Of a DNA stretch of 64,000 bases, positions 33,696 through 42,674 are shown in pieces (the stretch's first letter is position 1; each line of letters begins with the position of its first letter). Below the pieces are notes generated by a model, which was not told where the DNA came from, made no database searches, and saw nothing but the letters and a program-made list of their open reading frames with translations. The position numbers were made by a program, and so were the translations under genes. Source of the stretch: Gemmatimonadaceae bacterium (GTDB taxonomy: Bacteria; Gemmatimonadota; Gemmatimonadetes; Gemmatimonadales; Gemmatimonadaceae); the NCBI GenBank assembly GCA_051005405.1, contig JBPCJJ010000062.1, forward strand, positions 14,941-78,940, given 5' to 3'.

Positions 33696-36335
33696 CTACG
33701 GATTGAACCAGTAGCTCACCTTGATCAGGAAAACGTCGTCCGGTGCGGTCTTGAACAGGGAGCTCAGGTCCCGGCCGAGGCCAAACTCGCCGATGGGCTC
33801 GAAGGACTCGCGGTTCTGTTGCCAGGCGAGGTACAAGGTCGAGCCCGGCCGCCACTCCCAGCGCATGACGGCGTTGCCGCGGAGCGAGCGGACGTTGAAA
33901 TCCGGCTGCGGAAGCGCGAACGAGGGTCCGCCCGATGTCTGACCCGTCGGGTACACGCGGCCGTTCGCGATCTCGCCGACGTCCTGTCCGTAGACCAGGA
34001 AGCTGAACTCGCCGGGCTGCGCGAACTCCTTCGGCGGACCGTAGTCGCCCGCGGCGAGGAACGGCTGCAAGAACAGCTGCAGCGACATGCCTGGTGAGAA
34101 CGTGTAGTTCACGCGCGTATCGATAGCGAACACGGTCTGCTCGAGCTCCGCGAAGATGTAGCGCGTGCCGAACGTATTGGTCGCTGCGGGATCTACCAGA
34201 CGCTGGAGGTATTGCGCGGTATTGTTGCCGCGCCCGAACGAGGGTGAGAGCGACAGGTCCCAGTGCGGCGCAGGCTTGAGGGTGAGGCCCGTCCACACCT
34301 CGGTGTGGTCGCCCGCTCTGCCCCGGTTGGCGAATCCGCCGACATTTCCAACGAGTTTCCTGCGCGGATCCGACGAGACGTTGACGTTGATCGAGGAGAA
34401 CGCCGGCCTGTCGGCAACAGGCCCGCCGCGCGTGAGCCGGTCATCGACTGTGCCCGCGAACGAGTGCTGGAGGTTTCCATTGACGCTCCAGTAGTTCATC
34501 AGCTGGCCGTACGCGCCGGCAAAAATCCGGTTGGAGACGTTATCGCCTCCGTAATTGTGCTCGAAGGATCCGTTCGAGTAGGACTGCCACCTGCGGAAGA
34601 TTCCCTGTGGGCGTGACTCGTTGTAGTTCACATTAAACGTGAGGTCGAGCCGGTCCGCGCGGCGCTGAAAGCCGAGGTCGCTGACCTCGTAGTCGGGACT
34701 TATGGTGTTCACGCCCATGCGTCCCGACCAGTGCCGGTTCATCTGCTTGGAGAGCGACAGTGCGCCGGCGAACCCGGTCATGCTTTCGAGCGCCGGGTCG
34801 TAGTCGAGGTGATCCGCGTCCGGCCGCTGGAAATAGTGGTACGGCAGCCGCTGCGTTGCCGCGATCACTCCGGCGTCGCCACGGACATGGCTGGCGCCCA
34901 CGAAGCCGCGCAGAGTGAACGTGCGTTGCGACCATTGATGACTGAAGTCAATGCCGCCCGAGTAAGCGGCGGATCTCAAAGCGGCGGATAGCTCATCGGT
35001 CTCGAGCTTGCGGTTCACGGCGCCGAACAGCGCTCCCACTGACGTGGCTCCCGAGCGGAGCTCCCGTCGCGCGCGTCCGACGAAATAGTTGGTCAGCGGT
35101 TCGACCACGCTTTCGCCGCGCGTTCCGTCGGGCGCCTGGAAGCGTCCCATCTCGCGTGCCGTGACCGCGTCGAGCGCACCCGTCGCCCATCCGCCGCCGG
35201 TGCGACCCGTGAGCTTCACCGCGCCGAGAATGCTCGTCTCGTTGGGAACATCACGCAGGGCGTACGGCGGTGCCAGCGACGGACGCCGTCCGATGCGCCG
35301 CGAATAGAAAACGTTGTTCGCCCCGTCGTCGCCAAAGCGGAAAAGCTCGGATCCTTCAATGAAGAACGGACGTCTTTCGGGGAAAAACGTCTCGAACGCG
35401 GTGAGGTTGATCACGGCGGGATCCACTTCGACCTGGCCGAAGTCCGGGTTCACCGTTGCGTCGAGCGTGAGGCTGCTGGTGAGCCGGTACTTGAGATCCG
35501 CGCCGGCGTCGAGCTTGAGCTCGCGGTCCTTGCGAAAGGGACTACCCCCGCGATCGATCATCTCCGCCTTGGATACGACGTACGGCATGAACTCGAGGCG
35601 CTTGCCGGTCGCGAGGCGAGTGAGGTTGGTTACGTGCCCGTAGCGCGGCGCTCCACCCGGCTGGCCGGGCGGCGTGTACGCCCAGGACGAGAATTCCTGG
35701 TTGCGGGCGATCTGCCGCTCGATCTGCATTCCCCACGTCTGCTCGAGGGCGCCGCTGAAGCGGACCTGGCTGAAGGGGATACGCATCTCCGCTACCCAGC
35801 CTGAATCACTGATACTGGTCGCCACCTCCCACACGGGGTCCCACGAATCGTCCTCGCCCCGGTCGGCGCGAGTCTGATCGCGACGAACGCCGGCCGGGTT
35901 CACCTCAAAACCGAACGAAGTGCGGTGATCGTGCCGCGCGTCGATGATCACGGTCAGCCAGTCGGAAGCGGACATTTCCATGTCGCGGCGGCCCATGCGC
36001 GTCCGCACCTGCTGCCGGTCGTACATCTTCGCGCCGATGTACAGCGCGTTGTCGTCGTACAGGATCCGGATCTCGGTGCGCTCGCTGGCGGGCTGCCCTT
36101 CGTTCGGCGCCGACTGCGTGAACTCGGTGATCGGGGTCGCGGACTGCCACGCGGCTTCGTCGAGCGCGCCGTCAACCCTGATCGGAGTCGTGACCCGCGC
36201 CGCGGACGCGCCCGGGGCGTGGCGATCGTGCTCGTACTCAGTGCGGATCTGCCCGGACGCGGGGGCCGGAGCTTCCTGAGCGGAGACGGGACCGGCAACG
36301 GTCAATGCCAGAGCTGCGAACAGTGCTCGCTTCAT
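33696..36335 (-). CDS. DUF5916 / carbohydrate-binding-family-9-like outer-membrane protein
   Basis: Signal peptide (MKRALFAALALTVAGPVSAQ). The N-terminal IRVDGALDEAAWQSATPITEFTQSAPNEGQPASERTEIRILYDDNALYIGAKMYD is typical of this family (from memory). The long C-terminus is beta-rich and ends ...KVSYWFNP. Confidence 0.6.
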   Translation of the reverse strand: MKRALFAALALTVAGPVSAQEAPAPASGQIRTEYEHDRHAPGASAARVTTPIRVDGALDEAAWQSATPITEFTQSAPNEGQPASERTEIRILYDDNALYIGAKMYDRQQVRTRMGRRDMEMSASDWLTVIIDARHDHRTSFGFEVNPAGVRRDQTRADRGEDDSWDPVWEVATSISDSGWVAEMRIPFSQVRFSGALEQTWGMQIERQIARNQEFSSWAYTPPGQPGGAPRYGHVTNLTRLATGKRLEFMPYVVSKAEMIDRGGSPFRKDRELKLDAGADLKYRLTSSLTLDATVNPDFGQVEVDPAVINLTAFETFFPERRPFFIEGSELFRFGDDGANNVFYSRRIGRRPSLAPPYALRDVPNETSILGAVKLTGRTGGGWATGALDAVTAREMGRFQAPDGTRGESVVEPLTNYFVGRARRELRSGATSVGALFGAVNRKLETDELSAALRSAAYSGGIDFSHQWSQRTFTLRGFVGASHVRGDAGVIAATQRLPYHYFQRPDADHLDYDPALESMTGFAGALSLSKQMNRHWSGRMGVNTISPDYEVSDLGFQRRADRLDLTFNVNYNESRPQGIFRRWQSYSNGSFEHNYGGDNVSNRIFAGAYGQLMNYWSVNGNLQHSFAGTVDDRLTRGGPVADRPAFSSINVNVSSDPRRKLVGNVGGFANRGRAGDHTEVWTGLTLKPAPHWDLSLSPSFGRGNNTAQYLQRLVDPAATNTFGTRYIFAELEQTVFAIDTRVNYTFSPGMSLQLFLQPFLAAGDYGPPKEFAQPGEFSFLVYGQDVGEIANGRVYPTGQTSGGPSFALPQPDFNVRSLRGNAVMRWEWRPGSTLYLAWQQNRESFEPIGEFGLGRDLSSLFKTAPDDVFLIKVSYWFNP

Positions 36336-36542
36336 ATGGTCGGTGTCGTTGAATGGGTTATTTCGTCCTTACGAACGGTCCGGTGCGTCGTTTCAGCCGA
36401 CCGGCATCGTACCTCCTTAGATGCCGGCGGGGCGAGAAAGGATGGCTCGGGTGCGCGAAGAGGGGACCTGTTATGGTTTGTGGTTCGCGAGGCGCCGCAG
36501 AAGCGCGTTTCGCGAACCACAATCCGACAACCAGGAACTGTT

Positions 36543-37913
36543 TTGCGTCCCAGCCGGAGCGAATACGGCGCGTTGATCTCGCTCGCCACGCCGATCGTCG
36601 TCGTCCAGGTCGGACTGATGACGATGGGCGTGGTGGATTCGATCATGGCGGGCCGGTTCTCGGCGGAAGCGCTCGCCGCGATCGCGATCGGGAACTTCTA
36701 CTTCTTCACGGTGGCGATGTTCGGGCTGGGCGTGCTGCTCGTGCTCGATCCGCTTATCGCGCAGGCGGTCGGCGCGCGGGACGAGACGGCCATCGCGCTC
36801 GCGGTACAGCGCGGCCTGCTGCTCGCGCTCGTACTGAGCTTCGTGCTGGGCTTGCTGTTACTTCCGGCGGAATCGGTGCTGCGCGCGCTGCGGCAGCCGG
36901 AGGCGCTTGCGCCGCTGGCCGCGCGGTACGTGCTCATCTGTCTTCCCAGTTTCCTTCCCTTCAACGCGTTTGTCGTTTTCCGGCAGCTGCTGCAGGCACA
37001 AGGGTTTACGCGGGCGATCGTCGTCACGATAATGCTGTGCAACCTCGCGAATGTCGCGCTCAACTGGGCGCTCATCTTCGGAAATCTTGGCTTTCCGCGG
37101 CTCGGCGTGACGGGCGCGGCGCTGGCGACCTCAATCAGCCGGACGTTACTCGTCGTGGTTCTAGTAGCTCTCGCATGGCGACAGCTGAAACCGTACGTTT
37201 GGCCCGCGCGGCGGCAGGCGTTCGAGCGGGCGCCGCTCCTGCGGATGCTGCGACTCGGCGTTCCCATCGGGGCGCAGCACGAGCTCGAGGTGGCTTACTT
37301 CGGCGGGCTGATCCTGCTCATGGGACTGCTGGGCACGATCTCAGTCGCCGCCCACCAAGCCGCGATTAACCTCGCCTCGCTCACGTTCATGGTCCCGGTC
37401 GGCGTGGCCTCCGCGACCGCGGTGTTCGTTGGGCGCGCCGTCGGAGCGCGGGACGAGCGGGCGGTGCGGCGGTACGCGGTTGCGGGGCTGGTTTGCGGCG
37501 TGGGCTTTATGTGCGTCGCCGCCGCGGCGTTTCTGCTCTTTCCGGTCGCGCTCGCGGGGCTCTATTCGCGCGATCTCGAGGTCGTAGCGCTGGCCGCGGG
37601 ACTGATTCCCATCGCGGGACTGTTCCAGGTGTTCGATGGAACGCAGGTCGTTTCCGCCGGGATTCTGCGTGGGATCGGTGACACGCGGTTTCCGATGCTG
37701 GCGGCAGCGCTCGGCTTCTGGCTCGTCGGGCTGCCACTCAGTCTGGTGCTCGGCTTCAGAGCGCAGTTGGGGGCCGAGGGGCTCTGGTGGGGCTCGCTAG
37801 CCGCCCTGATGACGGTCGCCGGGTTGCTCCTCCACCGGGTGCGCATGCGTCTGCGGTGGAGCATGGAGCGGGTGGTCATCGATCGTCCCTCGGCATCCCA
37901 AAACAGCGGCTGA
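36543..37913 (+). CDS. MATE-family efflux transporter
   Basis: LATPIVVVQVGLMTMGVVDSIMAGR at the N-terminus and about 12 hydrophobic segments. The in-frame TTG at 36543 is the first plausible start. The ORF-track 5' extension (35925-36542) is antisense to the neighbouring gene. Confidence 0.8.
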   Translation: MRPSRSEYGALISLATPIVVVQVGLMTMGVVDSIMAGRFSAEALAAIAIGNFYFFTVAMFGLGVLLVLDPLIAQAVGARDETAIALAVQRGLLLALVLSFVLGLLLLPAESVLRALRQPEALAPLAARYVLICLPSFLPFNAFVVFRQLLQAQGFTRAIVVTIMLCNLANVALNWALIFGNLGFPRLGVTGAALATSISRTLLVVVLVALAWRQLKPYVWPARRQAFERAPLLRMLRLGVPIGAQHELEVAYFGGLILLMGLLGTISVAAHQAAINLASLTFMVPVGVASATAVFVGRAVGARDERAVRRYAVAGLVCGVGFMCVAAAAFLLFPVALAGLYSRDLEVVALAAGLIPIAGLFQVFDGTQVVSAGILRGIGDTRFPMLAAALGFWLVGLPLSLVLGFRAQLGAEGLWWGSLAALMTVAGLLLHRVRMRLRWSMERVVIDRPSASQNSG

Positions 37914-37975
37914 CTTGTTTTCTGTGAGGCGAACTATTTATTTAGGAAAGACTAAAACATCTCAAGGCTTTCCTG

Positions 37976-40180
37976 ATGAAATACTTCGTCCCCCTGGCAC
38001 TGGCCGTACTGCTGCTCACGCTGTGGAATAATCCTGCAATCGGGCAGGAAAGAGGTTCGGGGGCGGTCGCTGGAGTCGTTAGCGACGGGGCGGACCCTGT
38101 TCCCTTCGCGAGGGTCATGGTCGTGGAGCTAAGCCGATCGGCTGTGACGCGCGCGGACGGGAGCTACCGGATCGGAGCAGTTCCGGCGGGCACTTACTCC
38201 ATCAACTTCGCCCGGTTGGGGTTTGCGCCGGAGATGCGGCGCGTGACTATCGGCGCGCAGGAGGTGGCGCTGAACGTCACGCTGGCCGCGTCCCGAGTGG
38301 AGCTTCCGGCCGTGCAATCAACGGCCACCACGTACGCAACTACCGCGTTCTCTGCGCCGCAGCCCACGAGCGTGCTCGAGGGCGCTGCGCTCCGCACTTC
38401 GCAGGGAGCGTCGGTGGGGGAGACGCTGGAAGGATTGGCGGGGGTCCGCAGCCTCAGCATGACGACGGGCATCGGAAAACCCGTCATTCGCGGGCTCACG
38501 TCGACGCGCGTTGTCGTGCTGGACAATGGGCACCGGCTCGAGACGCAGCAGTGGGGAAGCGACCACTCTCCCAACGTCGAGACGGCCACGGCCAATCGCA
38601 TCGAGGTCCTGCGCGGCCCGGCCAGCGTTCTGTACGGATCGGATGCGCTTGGCGGCGTCATCAACATCGTGAAGCCGCCTCTTCCCGATGCCATCGACGG
38701 GTCGTCTTTCTTTCGCAGCCGGATGGGGGTCGCGATCAACTCAAATCCACGGTCATCGGACCTGACCGCCGGCGCCGAGGCTGCGGTCGGCGGCTGGGGG
38801 GCTCGCGGATCGGTTGCGCGCCGGCTCAGCGGTGACATGGTCACGCCTGCCACCGTGCTCCGCAATACGAGCAACCGCGCGAGCAACTTCGACGCGGCCG
38901 TGGGCCATCGCGGGGACTGGGGATCCGTCGACCTCGGCGCCGTCGCCCGCGAGGAGCGAATCGAGATATACGACGATCCCGTTGCGTTCCCCTCGTTCTC
39001 CGGCTTTCAGCGTATTGCGGAGCAGCGCTACTCCCTGAAATCCGTTCTCATCGGGCGATTCGGCCGCGTGGACATGCTCGCGGGCGCGGAGCGCAACAGG
39101 CGCAGGGAGTACGACGACGAGCAGGCGCGATACGTCGCGCTGGGGCTCCTCTCGTCCACGCTGCTCGCGCACGCCAACTATCACCACCTGCCGGTCGCTG
39201 GATTGGCGGGAACGCTGGGCGTCTCGCTGCTGCGGAGCGATTTCGAGAAGTTCGGGCGGGAAACGCTAATACCGTCGAGCCGTGCCCGGAATGTCGGCGT
39301 GTATCTGTTCGAGCAGCGCGAGCTCGGCCGATGGAAGCTGTCGGCGGGGGCGCGTTACGACTTCCGCGATCTTACCGCCGAAAGCGACACGGTGTTGAAG
39401 ATCGAGCGGCAAACGCGGCGGTGGGGAGCGGCGACCGGGGATATAGGCGCGCTGTACAAGCTGACTGAGCCCGTTTCCCTGGTGCTCAACGTCGGAAGCG
39501 GATTCCGGGCCCCATCCAACGCGGATCTTTTTGCCAACGGTTATCACGAGGGCACACGCGCGTTCGAGCGGGGCGACCCGGACCTTGGCGTGGAGAAATC
39601 GCTGAACGTGGATCTTTCGGTGCGGGCCGCTGCGTCCACCTTCACGCTGGAGCTGGCAGGCTTCGTCAACACGATTCGCGATTACATCTATCTCAAGCCC
39701 GCGGGCACGCTGGACACGCTCGACCACGCTCAGGGCGACGCGCGACTTTCGGGGTTCGAGCTGGCCGGCGCCTTCCATCCCGCAAGTTTTCTGTCATTTC
39801 GGGCGACGGCGGATTATGTGCGCGGGCAGAATACGACGCTGAATCTTCCATTGACGTTCATCCCGCCGATGCGCGGCACGCTGCGCGCGACGGTGCAGCC
39901 GCGCGCGTTTCGCGGAATGCGGGCTCCGTACGCGGCTATCACGGCTGAGGCGGTAGGAGCTCAGCGGCGGCTCGATCCGGGTGATGTCGGCACCAGCGCG
40001 TACACGCTGATCCACGCGGGCGCGGGGTTCTCTCTGGGCTCCAGCGCAAAAGCCAGATCGCTCGATATCTCGGTGCGCAATGCGTTCGACAAGCGTTACC
40101 GGAACTTCATGAGCCAGTACAAGACGATCGCGCTCGGCCAGGGCCGCAGCGCAGTCGTGCGGGTAAATGTCGAGATGTAA
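37976..40180 (+). CDS. TonB-dependent outer-membrane receptor with N-terminal carboxypeptidase-regulatory-like domain
   Basis: Signal peptide, then GVVSDGADPVPFARVMVVE...GSYRIGAVPAGTYSI, then the plug motif IEVLRGPASVLYGSDALGGVINIV, then a long beta-barrel region. Confidence 0.8.
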   Translation: MKYFVPLALAVLLLTLWNNPAIGQERGSGAVAGVVSDGADPVPFARVMVVELSRSAVTRADGSYRIGAVPAGTYSINFARLGFAPEMRRVTIGAQEVALNVTLAASRVELPAVQSTATTYATTAFSAPQPTSVLEGAALRTSQGASVGETLEGLAGVRSLSMTTGIGKPVIRGLTSTRVVVLDNGHRLETQQWGSDHSPNVETATANRIEVLRGPASVLYGSDALGGVINIVKPPLPDAIDGSSFFRSRMGVAINSNPRSSDLTAGAEAAVGGWGARGSVARRLSGDMVTPATVLRNTSNRASNFDAAVGHRGDWGSVDLGAVAREERIEIYDDPVAFPSFSGFQRIAEQRYSLKSVLIGRFGRVDMLAGAERNRRREYDDEQARYVALGLLSSTLLAHANYHHLPVAGLAGTLGVSLLRSDFEKFGRETLIPSSRARNVGVYLFEQRELGRWKLSAGARYDFRDLTAESDTVLKIERQTRRWGAATGDIGALYKLTEPVSLVLNVGSGFRAPSNADLFANGYHEGTRAFERGDPDLGVEKSLNVDLSVRAAASTFTLELAGFVNTIRDYIYLKPAGTLDTLDHAQGDARLSGFELAGAFHPASFLSFRATADYVRGQNTTLNLPLTFIPPMRGTLRATVQPRAFRGMRAPYAAITAEAVGAQRRLDPGDVGTSAYTLIHAGAGFSLGSSAKARSLDISVRNAFDKRYRNFMSQYKTIALGQGRSAVVRVNVEM

Positions 40181-40293
40181 AAGCCGTTTTCGTGACGTCC
40201 TCCTGACAGGACACTTTCTACAGATTATTGGCCGATTTTCGACAATTAACTGCGGGAATCCGGACTTAAGTCCTGTGACTCGACCCCGGACAC

Positions 40294-40309
40294 TGGCACG
40301 CCTAGTGCC
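40294..40309 (+). promoter_or_regulatory. Candidate sigma-54 (-24/-12) promoter
   Basis: TGGCACGcctaGTGCc against the consensus TGGCACG-N4-TTGCW, with the GG and GC dinucleotides correctly spaced. It lies 65 nt upstream of the ATG at 40374. The site is also an inverted repeat (GGCAC/GTGCC), so an operator or hairpin is an alternative. Confidence 0.3.
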
Positions 40310-40373
40310 TTATTAAGGGCATCACCGCGAGAGCCATGAGGGCGACAGCGGCCAGTCAGCGGAGGTTGACACG

Positions 40374-40907
40374 ATGAAAAAAATCAAAGCACTCGTAATC
40401 ATTCCGGCGATCCTGCTCGCGGCAGCTTGTGGCCGCGACGACGATTCGACCCGGAGCGTTGATGCGGCGTTGGACAGCGATCTGCGCCTTGCGGGCGAAG
40501 CCTATGCGCCGGGGATGGACAGCATCTCCATGCTGGAGCGTAACGCTGCTCTGACCGCCACGGCTCCGGCTGTAGCGCCGACGCGGACGGCGGCTGCGCC
40601 TGTGCGCACGACTACCACGCCGCGGCGTACCACGACCACGACGCGACGCGCCACGACGCGACGCGCCTCGAGCAGCGGCACGTCTTCGGGCAGCGGTACG
40701 TATTCGGCGCCTGCGCCGTTCCGCACCGAGACGCGCAGAAACACCGGACGTGACGCCGCGATCGGCGCCACGGCGGGCGCGGTCATTGGCGCCACGACCA
40801 GCAGAGACAAGGTCAAGGGTGGCCTGATCGGAGCGGCCATCGGCGGAGTCGCCGGCGCCGTGATCGGACACAACGTCGACAAGAAGAAAGTGCCGGTGAA
40901 TCCGTAG
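40374..40907 (+). CDS. Lipoprotein with Thr/Arg-rich low-complexity linker and C-terminal glycine-zipper domain
   Basis: A GGAGG RBS lies 8 nt upstream. Lipobox (ILLAAACG). A TTTPRRTTTTTRRATTRRASSSG tract. A glycine zipper (AIGATAGAVIGATT...GGLIGAAIGGVAGAVIGHN). Confidence 0.6.
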   Translation: MKKIKALVIIPAILLAAACGRDDDSTRSVDAALDSDLRLAGEAYAPGMDSISMLERNAALTATAPAVAPTRTAAAPVRTTTTPRRTTTTTRRATTRRASSSGTSSGSGTYSAPAPFRTETRRNTGRDAAIGATAGAVIGATTSRDKVKGGLIGAAIGGVAGAVIGHNVDKKKVPVNP

Positions 40908-40930
40908 GCTCAGCGCCAGGCTGTGACGAA

Positions 40931-40963
40931 GGCGGGTGGAAATTCTCCACCCGCCTTTTTTTT
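40931..40963 (+). terminator. Rho-independent terminator
   Basis: 10-bp stem GGCGGGTGGA/TCCACCCGCC, a 5-nt loop, then a T8 run. It begins 24 nt after the stop at 40907. Confidence 0.85.
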
Positions 40964-41012
40964 GCCCCTCTGCTCGTACAACTTACGCCCCCTCACTTCG
41001 GGCACCCACTCA

Positions 41013-42674
41013 ATGGACCGTTCGCGCAACTCGCGAACAACAGACATCCTCACCAAGCTTCCCGGTTTCGCGGCGTTGTTCGCGACGGCGGCGGGTTCGA
41101 TCGTCATCGCTGGATGGTCGCTCGGAATCCCCATGCTGACGAGAATGATTCCGGGATTCGCTCCCACGCCTTTGCTCGCGGGCGCTGCCATGGTTGGGTC
41201 GGGGGCGGCGCTCTGGCTGGTGCGCGACGCGGAAGCCGGCTCGCTCAAGCGGTTCGTCTCCGCGGCGCTCGCGATTTTCGTCGCCACGGTCGCGCTCGCA
41301 TCCGCGGGCGAGCACATCTCCGCGAGATCGATCGACTGGTCCAGCTTTGGCGCGCGCGTTGCCGCGACTCCCGGGCTGACCGGCAGACTCCCAATCAACT
41401 CGGCGTGGGGCTATTTCCTCGTCGCTATCGCGATCTGGACGCTGTGCTCTCGACGACTCAGCAGGAGCCGCGCGCCACAGTGGCTCGGTCTCGCGATCTT
41501 CCTGACGGGATTCTTCGCGCTTGTCGGACGCGCGTTCGAGGTAAGCGCGTTTTACAGCCCGATGCCGGGAGCTCCGATGAGCCTCTGGACGATGGTGTCG
41601 CTCCAGGTGCTTGGCATCGGCGTCGTGTTCGCGCGGCGTTGGTTCGGCTTTTCCGCGCTGCTAATGGACAAGGGTCCCGGGGGGAAGCTCGCACGGCGCC
41701 TTCTCCCGCCGGCGATAGCGATGCCTTTTGTCGTGGGATGGGCAGCGCTCCTTCTCGAGCGCGCGGGCGTGTACGGGACCGAAGTCGGGTCGTCGTTCTT
41801 CGCGGTCACGATCGTTCTTGCGTTCACGTGGATGGTGATGCGCGCCGCCCGCGCGGTGCAGCGCGCCGACGCCGAGCGCCTCGCGGTCCTGGCTCGGGAG
41901 CAGCACGAGCGCGAAGTCGCCGAGGTGGCGCTGGTCACCGCGGAGAAGGCGAGCCTCGCGAAGAGCGACTTTCTCGCTGTCATGTCGCACGAGCTGCGTA
42001 CGCCGCTCACCGCGATCATGGGGTACGAGGAGCTGCTCGCGGACGGGATCACGGGGCCGGTCAACCCGCAGCAGGCGCAGCAGCTGGGCCGGATCAAGGC
42101 GAGCGCCCAGCATCTGCTCGGTCTCATCGACGAGGTCCTGACTTTCTCGAGGATCGAAGCCGGCCGCGAGACGATTCGTCTCGAGATCGCGGACGTGAAC
42201 CGCATTATCGAAGATTCGGCCAACCTGGTGGCGCCGCTGGCGGCGGAGAAGAAGCTCGGCTTTGTCGTGCACCTGCTCGACCCGCCGCGTTTCATGCGCA
42301 CCGATCCGGTAAAAGTGCGTCAGATGATCGTGAACCTTCTCACGAACGCGGTGAAGTTCACGGAGGCCGGCACGGTGAGCTGCAAAGTTGCTGCAGACGG
42401 ACAGAACATCGAGATTACCGTGCACGACACGGGCATCGGAATCTCGGCCGAGCATCTCGACAAGGTGTTCGATCCGTTCTGGCAAGTCGAGCAGAAGGCG
42501 ACGCGCAGGGCGGGGGGTACCGGGCTTGGTCTCACGGTTACGCGACGCCTCGCGCGGCTGCTGGGCGGCGATGTCGCGGTGGAGAGCAGCGTGGGCGAGG
42601 GAACTACGTTCAGGATCACGATCCCGGGGCTCGCTTCCAGCACGCCGACCGGCACACCAGCGGTGATACCATGA
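41013..42674 (+). CDS. Membrane sensor histidine kinase (multi-TM N-terminal sensor, no receiver)
   Basis: The ATG at 41013 lies beyond the terminator, whereas the ORF-track GTG at 40923 lies upstream of and reads through it. Several TM helices, H-box [19 protein letters not shown], and HATPase motifs NLLTNAVKF, DTGIGI, GTGLGLTVTRRLARLLGG. Confidence 0.85.
   Translation: MDRSRNSRTTDILTKLPGFAALFATAAGSIVIAGWSLGIPMLTRMIPGFAPTPLLAGAAMVGSGAALWLVRDAEAGSLKRFVSAALAIFVATVALASAGEHISARSIDWSSFGARVAATPGLTGRLPINSAWGYFLVAIAIWTLCSRRLSRSRAPQWLGLAIFLTGFFALVGRAFEVSAFYSPMPGAPMSLWTMVSLQVLGIGVVFARRWFGFSALLMDKGPGGKLARRLLPPAIAMPFVVGWAALLLERAGVYGTEVGSSFFAVTIVLAFTWMVMRAARAVQRADAERLAVLAREQHEREVAEVALVTAEKASLAKSDFLAVMSHELRTPLTAIMGYEELLADGITGPVNPQQAQQLGRIKASAQHLLGLIDEVLTFSRIEAGRETIRLEIADVNRIIEDSANLVAPLAAEKKLGFVVHLLDPPRFMRTDPVKVRQMIVNLLTNAVKFTEAGTVSCKVAADGQNIEITVHDTGIGISAEHLDKVFDPFWQVEQKATRRAGGTGLGLTVTRRLARLLGGDVAVESSVGEGTTFRITIPGLASSTPTGTPAVIP

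Noticed and set aside
35925-36542. The 5' extension of the MATE transporter ORF (ORF track 35925..37913)
   Set aside because: The extension runs antisense through the start of the DUF5916 gene and encodes no MATE-like sequence. The conserved MATE N-terminus begins just after the TTG at 36543.
40923-41012. The ORF-track start (GTG 40923) for the membrane histidine kinase
   Set aside because: It would place the stem-loop and T8 tract of a textbook terminator (40931-40963) inside the coding region. The ATG at 41013 lies beyond the terminator.
41114-42670. The first 519 codons of the 980-aa ORF 41114..44056
   Set aside because: This part is out of frame with the histidine kinase, whose motifs are clear in the 40923/41013 frame. 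It encodes an Arg/Gly/Ala-rich nonsense-like sequence. Only the part from the ATG at 42671 (M28 peptidase with a signal peptide) is credible.
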